From: Negaprion brevirostris
Lineage: Eukaryota
DNA length: 64,000 nt
NCBI GenBank assembly: GCA_030324005.1
Contig: JARDVH010000025.1
Coordinates: 51,751,537-51,815,536, forward strand
Direction of reading: 5' to 3'
Shown: positions 1-13,479 of the stretch, piece by piece
Layout: the number at the start of each line of letters is the position of its first letter
How positions within the stretch are numbered: the stretch's first letter is position 1
Made by a program: the position numbers and the translations under genes
The notes under the pieces: model-generated
The model's database searches: none
Told to the model about the DNA's origin: nothing
Seen by the model: only the letters and a program-made list of their open reading frames with translations

Positions 1-980
1 AACATCATCATGGACAAAATTTTGAAAGGATGCATTTTCAATCATCAGTATTGCTGAACTTCATCGAATCCCTACAGTGCAGGAGACATGCTAGCTCACT
101 CACTGGCTGCCTCACCTTGCCCTTGGCTCGTCTCTCACGAGCCCTCTCTGTCTTGCTGCCCGCCTGGTCGAGTCATCCTGTTGCTCCCCTCAACAGCTGC
201 TGGAACCTTCTCTGCCTTCACACCCAACCTCTGCTCAACAACAACCTCAGGAAAAGCACTGGCTCACTCACACATTCCCTGCTTCGCCTCTAGCCTGGCT
301 TGCTTCACCTTCACCCTCAGTTCATTGCCTATCAGCCCTCTCAACCAACCTGGTCAAGTTAACCTGCTGCTCTGCTCGAGTACTGCCAGCGCCTCTTCCC
401 TCGTACCCGAACTGGGTTTGTTGTTGGCTCAGGCTGCACTGGCCTCCTTAGACCAATGACCCTGGTCAGAAACTGACTTGCCTTTTTATATTTAGGGTGC
501 CTGCCCACCCTCTTCGGCCCTGGTATGGGGGTCAGGAGTTGCCCCGCTTCTCCCCTCGATAACTGCCGGCCAGTACTTGCCTTACTTGGCCCTCGCAAGC
601 TCACAATCTCACTGTTGGCTCAGGCTGCCTACCTGGCTATCTTACTCCTCAGCCCTGGTTAAGATACCTGTGCTGCTGCTGTTTTTTTTTCAAAATCCTC
701 ATTACTGCTGCTTCCTCCTCTAAATTCTGAATGATCTTGCACATAGTCTTCTTGCTCGAAGGGAATGTCCAACAATCAGAGCCCAATGTTGCTCTTCATT
801 GGTTGCTGGTAAGTTCAAGATGAGCCTATCAGCAAATTCAGAGTTTTCAGGCTCTGATTGGAGCCTCAAAGTCACTGGCCAGCATACGCCACCCCCCCAC
901 CCCCCACACTGGTTCAGGCCCTGTGCAGCGGCACAATGTGTTGCATTGTAAATCTGCCTCTGCCTATTTTGTGCTTGCTG

Positions 981-1175
981 TGGGAGTGTTAGATGGGACA
1001 ACATAGGGGAGCTTTGTTCTGTAGCTAATCCTGTGCTGTTCCTGTCTCGGGAGTGTTTGATAGTGTCATGTAGTCTGTATCTAACCTATGTGCTACTTGC
1101 TTTCGCAGTAACATAGAGGACGCTTCACTCCATTTCTAACCTATGTTTTACCTGCTGTGAGTGTGCCAGATGGGC
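981..1175 (+). repeat. Degenerate ~60-bp shark minisatellite, about 3 units
   Basis: Recurring gggagtgtt(a/t)gat…agagg(g)agcttt.ctct.t.tctaacc..tg.t.tacctg motif. Confidence 0.6.
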
Positions 1176-1368
1176 CTCTTTGTTCTAGCACCTCTTCTAA
1201 AATTGTAGCGTCGAGCTTATATTGCCTCTCCTCATCCTGTCCATCAAAATTTATCACTTTACACTTGTGTGTTAAATTTCACCTGCCATTTTACCTAACT
1301 ATGCCCTGTCCATTTTACCTAATTATGCCCTCTAGGAGTCTATTACAATCTCATTGCTTACTGCACTT

Positions 1369-1705
1369 TAGAACATAGAACATAGAACACTACAGCGCAG
1401 AACAGGCCCTTCGGCCCACAATGTTGCGCCGACCAGTTAAAAAACAATGACCCACTAACCTAAACCANNNNNNNNNNNNNNNNNNNNNNNNNNNNNNNNN
1501 NNNNNNNNNNNNNNNNNNNNNNNNNNNNNNNNNNNNNNNNNNNNNNNNNNNNNNNNNNNNNNNNNNNCAGCCACGAGTTCAAACTTTCCCTCTCTCTATT
1601 CCTCTCTAAACTATCCCGTGGCACAGGCAAGAGTCCGGAGATAATCACTCTATCAGACTTGGCCTTTAGTTTCCACCCCAACTCCATAGAGATTTGAATC
1701 ATCAA
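1369..1705 (-). mobile_element. Young CR1/HER1 LINE collapsed across a gap: 3' tail plus ORF1 (SGNH esterase) fragment
   Basis: (tagaaca)n tail and ggcccttcggccc terminal motif at 1369-1420. Beyond the gap, peptide LKAKSDRVIISGLLPVPRDSLERNRERESLNSWL is typical of CR1 ORF1p esterase. Confidence 0.75.
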
Positions 1706-2890
1706 CTTTCAAATTATGCTCTATATACCCAAGTCAAGGTCATTAATATATATCAAGAAATACAGCAGTGTGAAATACAGCTGGGCTGTGGAAATACCAA
1801 TATATATTTTCGTCCAATTTGAAAGGCAGCTGTTTACCATTACACTCTCTTTTAAGGCTCTTAGGCAACTTTGTTTTCATGCTGCTGCTCTACGTGTAAT
1901 CTCATGTGGTTTAATTTTGCTCAGACATCTATTATGTGGTACTTTGTCAAATGTCTTTTGAAAGTTTATTTACATAACGTCAACTGTACTACCTCATCAA
2001 CCATCTCCATTATTTCATTGAAGAGCTCAATCCAATTCATCAAAGATCTGTTTTAACTTTCATTTATTATCCCATATTTGCTAAATGCAAACCAATTTTG
2101 TCCTTGGTAATTTTCTTTAAAAGTTTCCCCGCCATAAGAATAGATAGATGCTTGATGGCCGCACAGATACGATGGACCGAAACTGACTCTATGGCTGGAA
2201 TTTTTCATTCACACTGCTGGGATTTTCCAGTCCCCACGGCAGCACACCTTGACACTGATTTCCAGATGGTGAAGGGTGCCTTCAATAGGAAACACCATTA
2301 TCAATGGTGGGACCAGAAGATCCCACTGCCAACCAATAAGGGGTGCTGCCTCTGCATGGTTGGGTTGCATGGAAATCCTGCTCTGTAAACTCTATACTGA
2401 GCAGCCTGTAGTCGCCAGGTTTATCTCTACTTTTTTTAAACAGGATGTAACATTTGCAATCCCCGGTCTTTGGCAACACCTCCTATGCCCAAGAAGAATT
2501 GGAGAAGGAGAAATATATGCTGGTGACACTCAACCACAGCTCTCAGTCTCCACCAGTGACCCAATGTAGTCTCTGTTAATCTCATAATAGTTGAATCTTA
2601 ACTTCCTCCTGCTACTGAGCGGTGAAATAGAAAGTATTCATTTTGGTTTCCATCAGACTGGGGCCACTTAATCAACCCTCTCAGTGACTGGATAGGTTTA
2701 ATTTTTCTTTAGTGGTTCAAGACCTCATCAGAAGATTTAGTATATCTCCAACTGCATGATCCCCTCCCCAGTGGTCCAAAAATCCCTATACTGTTCCACC
2801 AATTCTGCTGAACGCTCAACTCCTTCCCCTTTCCTGCATAATTGAAAACATTCACCAGTCTGAAAATCCGAAGAGGATCTCCCCCTGCTC
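1700..2890 (-). mobile_element. Decayed CR1 ORF2 (RT) remnant interrupted by a MITE
   Basis: Antisense remnants of the DFxKAFDKVPH region (tgtggtactttgtcaaatgtcttttgaaagt) and LFKKSRDKPGDYR. Confidence 0.65.
2191..2381. mobile_element. MITE (probable PIF/Harbinger derivative)
   Basis: Imperfect inverted ends ggctggaattttt…ggaaatcctgc. The internal gtg..ttcaat.ggaaac..c.ttg.caatgg.ggga..agaagatccc..cc..ccaat motif is shared with copies at 10.7, 31.7 and 37.0 kb. Confidence 0.6.
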
Positions 2891-3059
2891 GTGGAATAAG
2901 GGTGTTACATAGGAACTAGAAGACGAAACGAGTCCTTTGAGTCTGCTCGCCATTCATTTTGATCATGGCTGATTATTGAATTCGATATCCTGATCCCCAT
3001 CACGTGTTGCTGGGAGGATGGCATGTGTTGCTCTTCCCTGACTGCCGTCGAACGATGCG

Positions 3060-3330
3060 GCTGGCTGGGCTGCTTCAGAGGCAAGTCAATCACATTGCTG
3101 AGAGTCTGGAGTCACATGCAGGCCAGACCAGCTAAGGATGACAGTTTTCCTTCCCTAAAAGACATTATGATAATCCACAATAGTTTCATAGTCACCGTTA
3201 TGGAGGCTAGCTTACAATTCCAGATGTTATTAACTGAATTTAAATTCCCGTGGCTGTCATGATAGAATTTGAACCTATGTACTTGGGCACTAACCTTAGC
3301 CCCTGGATTACTAGTCCAGTATGCCTCCAT
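3060..3330 (-). mobile_element. tRNA-headed SINE/LINE-derived element (family B)
   Basis: cacattgctg…ctggagtcacat..aggccagacca..taaggatg.cag.tttccttccctaaa…gaatttgaacc…ctggattactagtccag; homologous to the copies at 15320-15645 and 49120-49520. Confidence 0.7.
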
Positions 3331-5064
3331 CTCCTGCCTACGTGTCAGGTAGCCTTATTTCCAGTCTGGTATTTTGCTCTACACTTTGTAGTGTAAAAAA
3401 GTTTAAATAAAAATAAAACTGAATTCAAAGCCACAGGAAGTAGCATATCCAGTGACTCAGTTCTCTATTTGATTGTGCTTCTCATTTTCTATTCTGTAAT
3501 ATATCATTAGTCTTCTTAACAAATAGTTTTTGATAGGAAACAGCTGCAAAAAGAAATTCAATACTCCGCAAGTTAGCATGGAAGGATTAAAAGTTCTTTA
3601 AATGGGTAAACTAGCTTCAACAGAAAAAAAGTGTCCAAAATACATGTTTGTGTGTGTGGTAGAACAGGAAGGATTTTGTGCACAGCGGGTGGTCAAAATA
3701 CTTACGCAGATAAAACAACACTTGCTGCTTTGACTGGGCAATTTATCAAGGATTGATAAGGAGTGAGTAATTTCACTTCCAGCATGCCAACCTTTGCATC
3801 CCATAATAACTCAGTTTCGCTGTCCACAACTACAGTGTGACCTGAGTATTTCCTGAATTTTCTGTTTATGCTGCATAAACCCAAACCCAGATTGACTCAT
3901 TTTCTCAGTACTATGTCAGGGAATTTAATTTTTACTCAGTATACTTTGCTGTGAGGATTCCATGACTCTCAGTGCTATTTCAGCCAATCTTCTTGGTTTT
4001 GAAGGTGAATCATCTTCGTGAAGGAACAGGTTCTGTGCATGGGAGTCAAGACCTTCAGATGAAACAAGATTAAAGGTCTTAGATCTGTTGAGGCTGGACG
4101 TGCAGATATAATTCAATCCCCACCATAAGGTCACATACTGTCTTTACAGTTTTCCCTTCCAGTCTACATTCTTGTTCTCTAGATGCATATTTATGACGAT
4201 AATGTTTTCTTTAACGTTATCACAATGCAATTACACCATCCTGTAGCACATCCAGAAACAAAAAGAAATGCTAAATGTGGAGAAGGTAGGCACTGAGTCC
4301 ACTGAACGGTCTTTTGTAAGCAAGCTGCTTTGCTTTTGGATAGTTCTGAGCTTCTTGAGCGCTGTTAAGGCTTCATCCATCCANNNNNNNNNNNNNNNNN
4401 NNNNNNNNNNNNNNNNNNNNNNNNNNNNNNNNNNNNNNNNNNNNNNNNNNNNNNNNNNNNNNNNNNNNNNNNNNNNNNNNNNNNNNNNNNNNNNNNNNNN
4501 NNNNNNNNNNNNNNNNNNNNNNNNNNNNNNNNNNNNNNNNNNNNNNNNNNNNNNNNNNNNNNNNNNNNNNNNNNNNNNNNNNNNNNNNNNNNNNNNNNNN
4601 NNNNNNNNNNNNNNNNNNNNNNNNNNNNNNNNNNNNNNNNNNNNNNNNNNAAAACTGCCAGAAAGCGGAGAGGGAGTGCAGCTACAGGCAGCAAACTGCA
4701 CAAGAATGCAAGTGGGAGTTCATGCTTAGATTGGAAAGACCAAGAGTGGAGGGGGGATAATTCTCCCAAAAACATTCTAAGCGTCGAATTCATGTAAAAC
4801 CTGGAGTAAATCCCACTGTTTTTTGCAGTGGGAGTTTCAAATTGAATCTCCCACAGTCTGCAGAGGGCATTAGCATGAATCACACAAGAAGTCAGTAGCT
4901 GCCAGCCTCTCTAGCAGAGCCACTGTGCATGCAGCAATCTGTCAGTGTTCAAATTAGTGCATGCACAGTCACTGGCCTCCTGATCGCTGGGAGCCGAACA
5001 TGTTCAGGCCAGTCTCTGTGTTCCTCCCCTCCCCAACAAACCACAACCCTGACACCCCCCCCAA

Positions 5065-5381
5065 CAGATTCCATAGAATCCCCAGAGTGCAGAAGGAGGC
5101 CATTTGGCCCATCAAGTCTGCACCGACCACAATCCCGTCCAGGCCCGATTCCCGTAACCCCACACATTTACCCTGCAAATATCCTGACACTAGGGTCAAT
5201 TTCACATCGCCAGTCAACCTGACCCGGAATGTGGGAGGAAACCGGAGCACCTGGAGGAAACCCAAGCAGGGGGAGAATGTGCAAACTCTTATGTTCTTAA
5301 ACTCCACACAGACAGTAACCTGGGGCCAGAATTGAACCTGGGTCCCTGGTGCTATGAGGCAGCAGTGCTAACCACTGTGCT
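5065..5381 (-). mobile_element. HE1-type tRNA-derived SINE with HER1/CR1 tail
   Basis: Head cacagtggttagcactgctgcctca…ggttcaattc (A/B boxes), conserved core ggtttcctcc..gtgctccggtttcctcccaca, tail ggcc.aatggcctccttctgcact. Confidence 0.85.
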
Positions 5382-5859
5382 GTCCTTAACCAGAAAAAAG
5401 GGAAGTAATAAGATTCACCTAACTTGGGAAAAAAGAAGGATCATTAGCAACACTCTTACTGTGAAGACCAGTCCTGGGGTTAGAAGTTAACAGGCTGGGA
5501 AATGAAAAGAACAGAAGCAAACTCTTAGAAGATCAGAATTCAAACTGATTGCAGGAGAACTGAATGTCTACTTAAAAAGACAATTGCCCATAAACCTATG
5601 GAATATGTTTTACCAGTTGTGCGAAAACAAAAGTGGGAGGGGGTGACTATTCTGCTGTATGTATTGCTACAACCAGGGGTTAATTGCTCCCCTCTATTCA
5701 ATCACCTCGGTTGATCACGACAAAGATATACTCTTTTTTTTCACTGGGCTATTTCGTTCCCAAATATTCAACTATTTAAACTGCGAACAATCAGGTACCA
5801 ATCACACACATACTCTCATCAGAAATAAGGGAAGTAATAAGGGGAGCTAGAGACTTTGA

Positions 5860-6365
5860 GGTGTAAATTTTAAACACTGCAGCTGATTTAGATTGGTTGG
5901 TTTCTTGGATGGGATCAGATATAGGTCTTCCAATAATCACAAGATCTGGTAGTTTCTGGTAGAGTTGGCTTCTTGAATTGAGCAACTCTTTTATTCCAGA
6001 AAAAAGAGGGAAGGAAAGCAGCCCTCATCTTGTTTCGTTTGCTGAAGACTTTTTTGATGTTGCCTGTGGCATTTGCAATCTCCTCTAATGGTTGGCAACC
6101 CTGCCTTGGAAATATGCAGTTGGGGTAGTATTCCAAAGAGTTTTGGATGAGTCTGTCTGTGGCAGCCATTGCTGCAATATTCAATGCCTTGCATTTTTTA
6201 ATCTCTTCCTTAGCCTGTTATGAGTTTCAATGGATGTCTGGATTCCAGGAAATGTCTCTCACTTCACATACCCCTGAGGGCAAATTGTTGGATTCATACC
6301 TTCACCTAGGAATGTGACCTTGCATTTTTATATTGTTTGTTCTGTCTCAGTCAAAATTGCACAAT
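5860..6365 (-). repeat. Unclassified ancient interspersed repeat with decayed coding character
   Basis: About 6090-6360 aligns by eye with about 17780-18010 (gtattccaaagagttttgg…tgtggcagccattg…ggaaatgt…ccttcacct.gga…tttgttctgtctca..caaaattgca). Confidence 0.55.
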
Positions 6366-6844
6366 TTCCAATCAGTTGAAAGTTGAAAAATCGTATGTTC
6401 AAAAGAAAAGAGCACAGCCTCATATATTTCAATATCACTTCAGGTTCTTCTAAACTCCAATGGGTATAGCCCTCAACTTTTCCACATAAGTTAGTCCTTT
6501 CATCCTGGGGGATGAGACGAGTGAACTTTTTCTGAACTGCTCCTAATGCAACTACATCCTTTCGTAACTAAAGACACCAAAACTGTAAACAGAATACAGA
6601 CGTGGTCTAACTAAGGGCCTGTAGCAACACTTCTCTACTTTTATACTCACGTGCCCTTACAATAAACACCAACATTCCACTTACCTTTCTAATTACTTGC
6701 TTTACCAGCACATTAACCTTTTGTGATTGATGTACCAGGACACCCAGATTTCTCTATACTGTAGAGTCTCTCTCCTGTCAAATAATATGTTGTTTTCCTA
6801 TTCTTCTACCAAAGTGGTCAAGTTCACATTTTCTCACATTAGAC

Positions 6845-8152
6845 TGTTCTGATCCCAGCAGATGTTACTACTGAACAAGTCAGGTCCCAGGGTGAAAACT
6901 GGTTTGATAGATCCTAACTTCTATTTTTTTGTGTAGATAGCAGAAGGTAGCTGAACTGTCACAGCAGTGAGATGATGAACTTTTAACAAAATAATAAAAC
7001 ATTTATTAAACAAGGTGAACTATATTACACTACTCCTTCACCCAAAATATACAGATGTATACAGATTTGTAAGGATAACACAAGTTGCAGGATCTAACTT
7101 ATACTCTAGTATTCTCATTTAGTACCAAGTGACAGCTGCCACCCACAGCCATTTCTATGGATTTCTCATCAATTCCCTCAGATGCTTGTCACCTCTCCTT
7201 CTGGTATTTCTCTGGCCTGGATCACCATGTGTACTCAAGCTCCCACGCAATCTCTCAGATACCCAGCTACCAACAGAACACCACTCCTTCACAGGCCTGC
7301 AATAAGAAAGCACCAACCTTCCAGTTACCATGGATCTCTGCCTTCTCGTATGCTGACATTGCCCTAGATCTGCACCATGCAGCCAGCTGTCTTTTAATCT
7401 GGAGTCTCTAAGCTCCTCAGTCAACTTTATTGAGCCGAACCCTTTTCCTAGATTCTTATTCTTTGTTTCTTGAATTATAGAACCCCTACAGTGCAGAAGG
7501 AGGCCATTTGGCCCATTGAGCCTGCACCAACAACAACCCCATCCAGGCTCTAACTCCATATCCCCACGTATTCACTCTGCTAATCCCCTTGGCACTAAGG
7601 GCAATTGAGCATGGCCAATTCACCTAACCTGCACATTCCGGACAATGGCAGAAAACTGGAGCACCTGGAGGAAACCCACAAAGACATGGGGAGAATGTGC
7701 AAGCGCCACACAGTTGCCTGAGGTTGGAATTGAACCCTGGTCCCTGGCATTGTGAGGAAGTAACGCTAACCACTGTGCCACTGTACCTTGACTACAAAGT
7801 TTTCCAGGAACTTTCTTCAGTCCATTCCTTGGAATTGGCTGTTCTTAGCTTGTGGTATGTGCTTTCTGTCCCTGTGTATTATCCTGCCTGTTCTAGCAGT
7901 TTCTCTAATGGACTCAAGCTGTTTCAGCTTCTCTCAGTGTGGGCTCAGGTTTTTAATACCCTGTGTTTGTTTTAGAGTCAATGAAACCTCATTACAATGC
8001 AAGCATCTAAACAAACCCACAGACTTACAGGCAACTTTCAAAAACTCAAACTGAAGTTGAAGAAATATAAATTAAGCTTAAGCTTAAAGCTATACTTCAT
8101 TTCTAAATAAATACAAACATGAATTATTTGAAACAATATTTATTTCCTAACA
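6845..8152. mobile_element. Solo LTR (probably Gypsy/Ty3) containing an HE1 SINE
   Basis: TGTT…AACA termini and a 4-bp near-duplication agac (6841-6844) / atac (8153-8156). It interrupts the CR1 sequence cacatt|atac|accatctgcca. Confidence 0.65.
7475..7783 (-). mobile_element. HE1-type SINE
   Basis: Full head-core-tail similarity to the other copies. Confidence 0.85.
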
Positions 8153-9259
8153 ATACACCATCTGCCAAATGTTTGTATTTGTGCTTACTTTCTGCTTTCT
8201 CCTAGCAAATTTAATCCTCTATCATGACAATATATTATCCCATACACCAGGAGCTTTTATTTTGCGTTGTAACCTATGATGTGGAACCGAATCAAATGAC
8301 TTTTAGAAATCCAGGTCTCCAGGTTCTCATTTATCTGCATTACATGTTACACCCTCAAAGAGCTCTGATAAATTAGTCAAGCATGATTTCTCTTTCACAA
8401 AACCATGTAGATTCTACCTAACTGCATTCTGATTTTGTAAATGTCCTGCTATTTTATTCTTAATAATGGGTTTTCTCTATAAAAGGTGTTAGGTTAACTG
8501 GTCGATAGTTTCCTGCTTTCAGTCTCTTCTGAATGGAAATGTTACATTGTCCAATCTGCTGGGATCTTTCCAAAATCTAGGGAAGTTTTGAAGATCACAC
8601 CAATACTTGAATAACCTCTGCAGCCACTTCTCTTCAAATACTAAGATGCAAGCCTTCTGGTCCAGGGCCCTTGCCAGCCTTTAGTTCTAATAGTTTTCCC
8701 AATAATTTTTCTCCAGTGATTGTGACGGTTTTAAACTCCTCCCTCGCTTTTATATCTTGATTTTCAAATGTTCCTAGTGCTTTTTTCTGTCTTCTACAAA
8801 GAAGACAGACACAAAATACATGTCTAACTCTTTGGTCATTTCCTTTTTCCCCCATTATTAATTACCTAGTCTCATCCTGGAAGTGACAAATGCTCACTTT
8901 AGTTATTCTTTTCCCTTAAAATTCTTGTTCTTACTGTATGTTCTTAAATTTTTATCTTGCTTTCTCTCGTATTCTAATTTCCACATCCATGATCATTTTT
9001 GCTCATTCTTTGCTGATTTCTAAAATCCATCCAATCTTTTGGCCTACCTAATTTTTGCAGCACTGCATGCTTTTTTTTTCAATCTGATACTATCTTTAAC
9101 TTCCTTAATTAGCTGTGGATAGTGCATTCTTCACATGTGGTGGCTAATTTCTCAGAGTTATTAAATATCATTGAGTCTCCCGGTAGTACTATTCAATTCA
9201 CTTTAGCCGCTCTGTCATCATACCCTTGCAATTGTCTCTACTTATATTTAAGACACTAG

Positions 9260-10256
9260 TGTGAAGAAACTCAAACTTGGAGGTCAGAAACTTTGGTTCC
9301 TGATGAGCCTTTTGGTCTCCTGTGCATGCACTGGCTCCACATGCACATCCCGTGTGCTTTAGGTTCCCTTTGCTGAGGACTGGTCCTGCGCACTTGCACA
9401 GAAGAAAATAAACAGAATGGTGCAAAAATAAGGTCAGACTACCTGTTACTAAACATCATTATTTAGTAAGTGTTCCAGGGAACCAGACACTGGAGAAGGA
9501 CAAAGAGAAGTCCCAAAAGGAAATCCCCAGTTAGGGTCAAAATATGGGACAGAGATAGGTCCTATTAAGTTAAGGTAACAGAAAGGAGCAGAGAAATAAA
9601 CTCCAAGTTGAACAAAGGGCTGGAAGGAGCAGACTTTTTAAGCACAGTTGGCTCAAGAGAAATTCTGAAGATCCATGAAGGCAAAGGCTATCAAAAGTTG
9701 GTGACTCTGTGTTTCGGGCTGTTGGGGCAAAGGTACCCTTTTGAAGCAGGGGTATTCTGCTCAGCACAGTCAAAGATCTGAGAGTGTGCGTGGATGTCGA
9801 AGTTCGAGTGCGCTCGGAGATCCAGGGGAAAATACTCTCAGAAAATAAGACTGAAACCCTGCAAGGTTGTTGTTGAAAGCATCTAAGTGATTGCAACTTT
9901 TGGAAAAAAGTCCAAGGCAAGATCTTAGAGAAATTGGATGGGTTTACAATGTGCCCAATGTCTGGGTGGATTGTTAAATCCATGAAATTTGGTTTAATTT
10001 CATCTGTTGTCTATTCTGTAGCGTGGTGTATCTGACCACCAGTCACCTGCTCCTATTACCAAGATAGATAACGTAACTTGTTTTATCCTCTGAACATGTA
10101 AAACTTATTTCTGCTTATTCAAAACCCGTGGAATATTGTGGCTTTACTCATTGAGAAAGCATCTTGAATCTTAAACTTTATCTCCTTTAAACAAAACATT
10201 ATTAGTCCCTAACTAGAGCTCCACCCACGACCCAGGGTCTGGCCAAGGATCATAAT
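9260..10256. mobile_element. LTR-like insertion in CR1
   Basis: Non-CR1 block interrupting a CR1. Its end (ggccaaggatcataa) resembles the reverse complement of the start of the 6845 LTR. Boundaries are uncertain. Confidence 0.4.
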
Positions 10257-10679
10257 TAGACCCACACTTTTCAATCTAAACTAAATACGAAATTCAATCA
10301 TGGTATAATTCACTGTTGTCTACAGAATCCTTTATTATGATGTCATTAATTAATCCTACTCATTGCACGTTATTAGGTCTAACACAGCCTGCTTCCCAGT
10401 TGGCACCACAATGTACTGCTTTAAGAAATTGGCCCAAATACACTTTTATCAACTCATTTTCGAGGCTACCTTTGGCAATCTGATTTGTCCAATCTACATT
10501 ATGATTAAAATCACCCATGATTATTGCAGTACCTTTCTTACATTATCTCTTCCCATTATCGCTTCCTTACTCTGAGCTGTAGTGTAACTACTCGCAGGAG
10601 ACCAATAAACTATTTCTTAACTTTGCTATTGTTTTTAACTCTATCCAAACTAATTCTATCGTTGGAACTCTGTGACTGT

Positions 10680-10871
10680 TGACCACAGCATGGTCTTCCG
10701 GTCCTGTAATGGCAAACTCATACCACAGGTTTCATTGGCAGGGAGGGGTGCATTCCATGGGAAACCTTATTGACAAGGGTTGGATGAGAAGATCCCATGC
10801 CGGCCAATGGCGGGCCACCTCCAGCTCCACCACTACAAAACAAGTGGTGGGTTGTGTGGAAAATCCCACCC
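10680..10871. mobile_element. MITE (same family as 2191-2381)
   Basis: gtgcattccatgggaaaccttattgacaagggttggatgagaagatcccatgccggccaatggc…ggaaaatcccaccc. Confidence 0.6.
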
Positions 10872-11382
10872 TCTATCTTGATCTTCTCAACTAAGGTTAC
10901 CTCGCACTACTATACTGTTAGCCTTAATTAGCAGGGCCTTGCTGACATTGCAACCAAATCATGTCGTACATTTTTATTTCTATTTTCACAATTAATTCAA
11001 TAGTTTTTTTCAATATGCTGCACACATTCAGATATGGAGTCCTTAAATCCATCTTTTCACTATATTCATAAACTCTGGCCTTATCTGCCATTGCAACTTT
11101 AGATAACATGCCCTGTCCCTTCCTGTCACACTCCTGTCACCAATATCCACATCAATATCCTGTACTACCTTGTCTTTCCTCTTAGATTTATCACATCTGC
11201 CCTCACATGATTCCTTTGTTCCACGCCCCTCCAACCATCCTCCCACGCCATTCCAAAGTTTGATAGAACTTATCAAACACTTTCTTCAGGTAAACATCCA
11301 GAGGAAAAAGTCTGAGATACAAGGTTATGAAGTCAAATTAAGTTCATTTACATCCTCACTTTTGTTGCCTTTCATGTAAGAT

Positions 11383-12531
11383 GACCTTGAGCCCGTGACC
11401 CCTCGTGATTTTCGCATCTAACCTGGGAAAAAGCTTCCCATTGTCCACTCTATCTATACCCTTCATAATCTTATACACCTCTGTTAGGTCTCCCCTCATT
11501 CTCCATCTTTCCAGAGAGAACAACCCCAATTTGCCCAATCTCTCCTCATAGCTAAGACCCTCCATACTAGGCAGCATCCTGGTAAACCTCCTCTGCACTC
11601 TCTCCAAGGCCTCTACGTCCTTCCAGTAGTGTGGCGACCAGAACTGGTCGCAGTACTCCAAATGTGGTCTAACCAACGTTCTATACAACTGCAACATTAG
11701 ACGCCAGCTTTTATACTCTACACCCCTTCCTATAAAGGCAAGCAAACCATATGCCTTCTTCACCACCTTCTCCACCTGTGGCTACCACCTTCAATGACTT
11801 GTGAACTTGCACACCCAGGTCCCTCTGTGTTTCTGTACTCTTAATGGAACTACCACTTATTATCTAACTCCCCCCTACATTATTTCTTCCAAAATGCATC
11901 ACCTCGCATTTATCTGGATTAAATTCCATCTGCCACTTCACCGCCCAATTTACCAGCCTATCTATATCCTGCTGTATTGTCCGACACTGTTCATCACTAT
12001 CAGCAAGTCCAGGCATCTTTGTGTCATCTGCAAACTTGCTGATCACACCAGTTGCTCCCTCTTCCAAATCATTTATGTGTATCACAAATAGCAGAGGTCC
12101 CAGTATGGAGCCCTGCGGAACACCACTAGTCACAGACCTCCAACTAGAAAAAGACCCTTCCACTGCTACCCTCTGTCTCCTGCTGCCAAGCCAGTTCTCA
12201 ACCCATCTAGCTACCTGTCCTTGTATCCCATGAGCCTTAACCTTTTTCACCAACCTGCCATGACGGACTTTGTCAAATGCCTTACTGAAATCCATATAGA
12301 CGACATCCACGGCTCTTCCTATGTCAACTGTTTTTGTCACCTCCTCAAAAAATTCCACCAGATTTGTAAGGCACAACCTCCGTTTTACAAAGCCATGTTG
12401 CCTGTCACTAATGAGATTGCTATGTTCTAAACGCGCATACATCCTATCTCTAAGAATCCTCTCTAACAACTTCCCTACCACTGACGTCAAGCTCACCAGC
12501 CTTTAATTACCCGGGTTATCCCTACTACCCT
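11383..12531 (-). mobile_element. Young CR1/HER1 LINE ORF2 reverse transcriptase and C-terminal region (disrupted)
   Basis: ORF 11864-12496 has QHGF, DFSKAFDKV, GVPQGSILGPLLF and KFADDTK. ORF 11356-11775 has LYRTLVRPHLEYC…LERVQRRFTRM…TRGH. Confidence 0.95.
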
Positions 12532-13479
12532 NNNNNNNNNNNNNNNNNNNNNNNNNNNNNNNNNNNNNNNNNNNNNNNNNNNNNNNNNNNNNNNNNNNNN
12601 NNNNNNNNNNNNNNNNNNNNNNNNNNNNNNNGAGTTGCGCCGATCACATCAACACCTACCAATCTATAGACCTATCTATAACCCCCAATCCCATTAAATC
12701 CCATATACCTCTGACTCTTAGCCACACAACAGCGTAATGTACTACTACTGAATGCATTTCTTTTTCCACTTGATTGCTGACCTGTCTCATGTTTGCCTGA
12801 TAGTGTAATGCTTACATTTTCAATATTAGGTTTTGCAACAAGTGTCCTTTCTTTAATCACATAATTAGCTTGGATCGAGTTAAAAATAGAAAAGTTAAGA
12901 CAAATGTTGTGGAAATAGTTTACTGGTCTCCCGCGAGCAGCCACACAGCAGCTCAGAGCAAGGAAGAGACAGTGAGAAGAGACAATCCAAGAAAGATAAT
13001 GCAATAACCAGTTTAGATACCAAGTGCCTTGAAAGTTGAGGCTGAAGATTTCAAAACTGAAATCGATAGATTTTTGCAAGTCAACACTATTAAGAATTAT
13101 GGAACCAAGGCTTGGAATAAAGCTCCAGATTACTTGCGTGCAATAGACTTGGGATCCGAATGGCCGACTCCTCTTCCTATGTAATGAAGAACAGAAGGTA
13201 AAAGCTTCTTGCCAGAGTAGGGATGTGCTCAGTATGATATAGCCACGCACAGCCTTGATCATTTAAGTCATTGAGAGAGCTAATTAACAATTTTGATGCC
13301 AAACTCCATTTCAAAAGGGTTTTTCTGCTACATTAAGTCTGCTCTGCATATAGGCTGTTACAATGCTTATATTGTGGAATTGGAATTTCAACTTCTAGAA
13401 GTTAGTATTTATTGCCTCCATGTATCCACAGTGTGTTGAGAAAACATGGGCAAAACTTGGCCTTATGGAACATCACCAT

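Larger units (their letters stand above)
6440..10960 (-). mobile_element. Long decayed CR1 LINE split by LTR, SINE and MITE insertions
   Basis: Colinear antisense CR1 segments at 6440-6844, 8153-9260, 10255-10680 and 10870-10960, including KLLGKLLELKAGKGPGPEGLH (8634-8855). Confidence 0.7.

Noticed and set aside
88-720. Overlapping ORFs with TATA/CCAAT-like motifs
   Set aside because: Low-complexity C/T-rich sequence, probably a TE 5' region; the peptides have no recognisable domain.
3925-4134. Protein-like 69-aa minus ORF
   Set aside because: No recognisable homology and no convincing splice acceptor.
4231-4383. Minus ORF WMDEALTALKKLRTIQKQSS as a host exon
   Set aside because: It matches the LINE C-terminal motif also seen at about 19030 (KKLDPIHNKAA), so it is TE-derived.
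9300-9325. CTGATGA followed by a small hairpin
   Set aside because: There is no GAAA core after the stem, so it is not a hammerhead.
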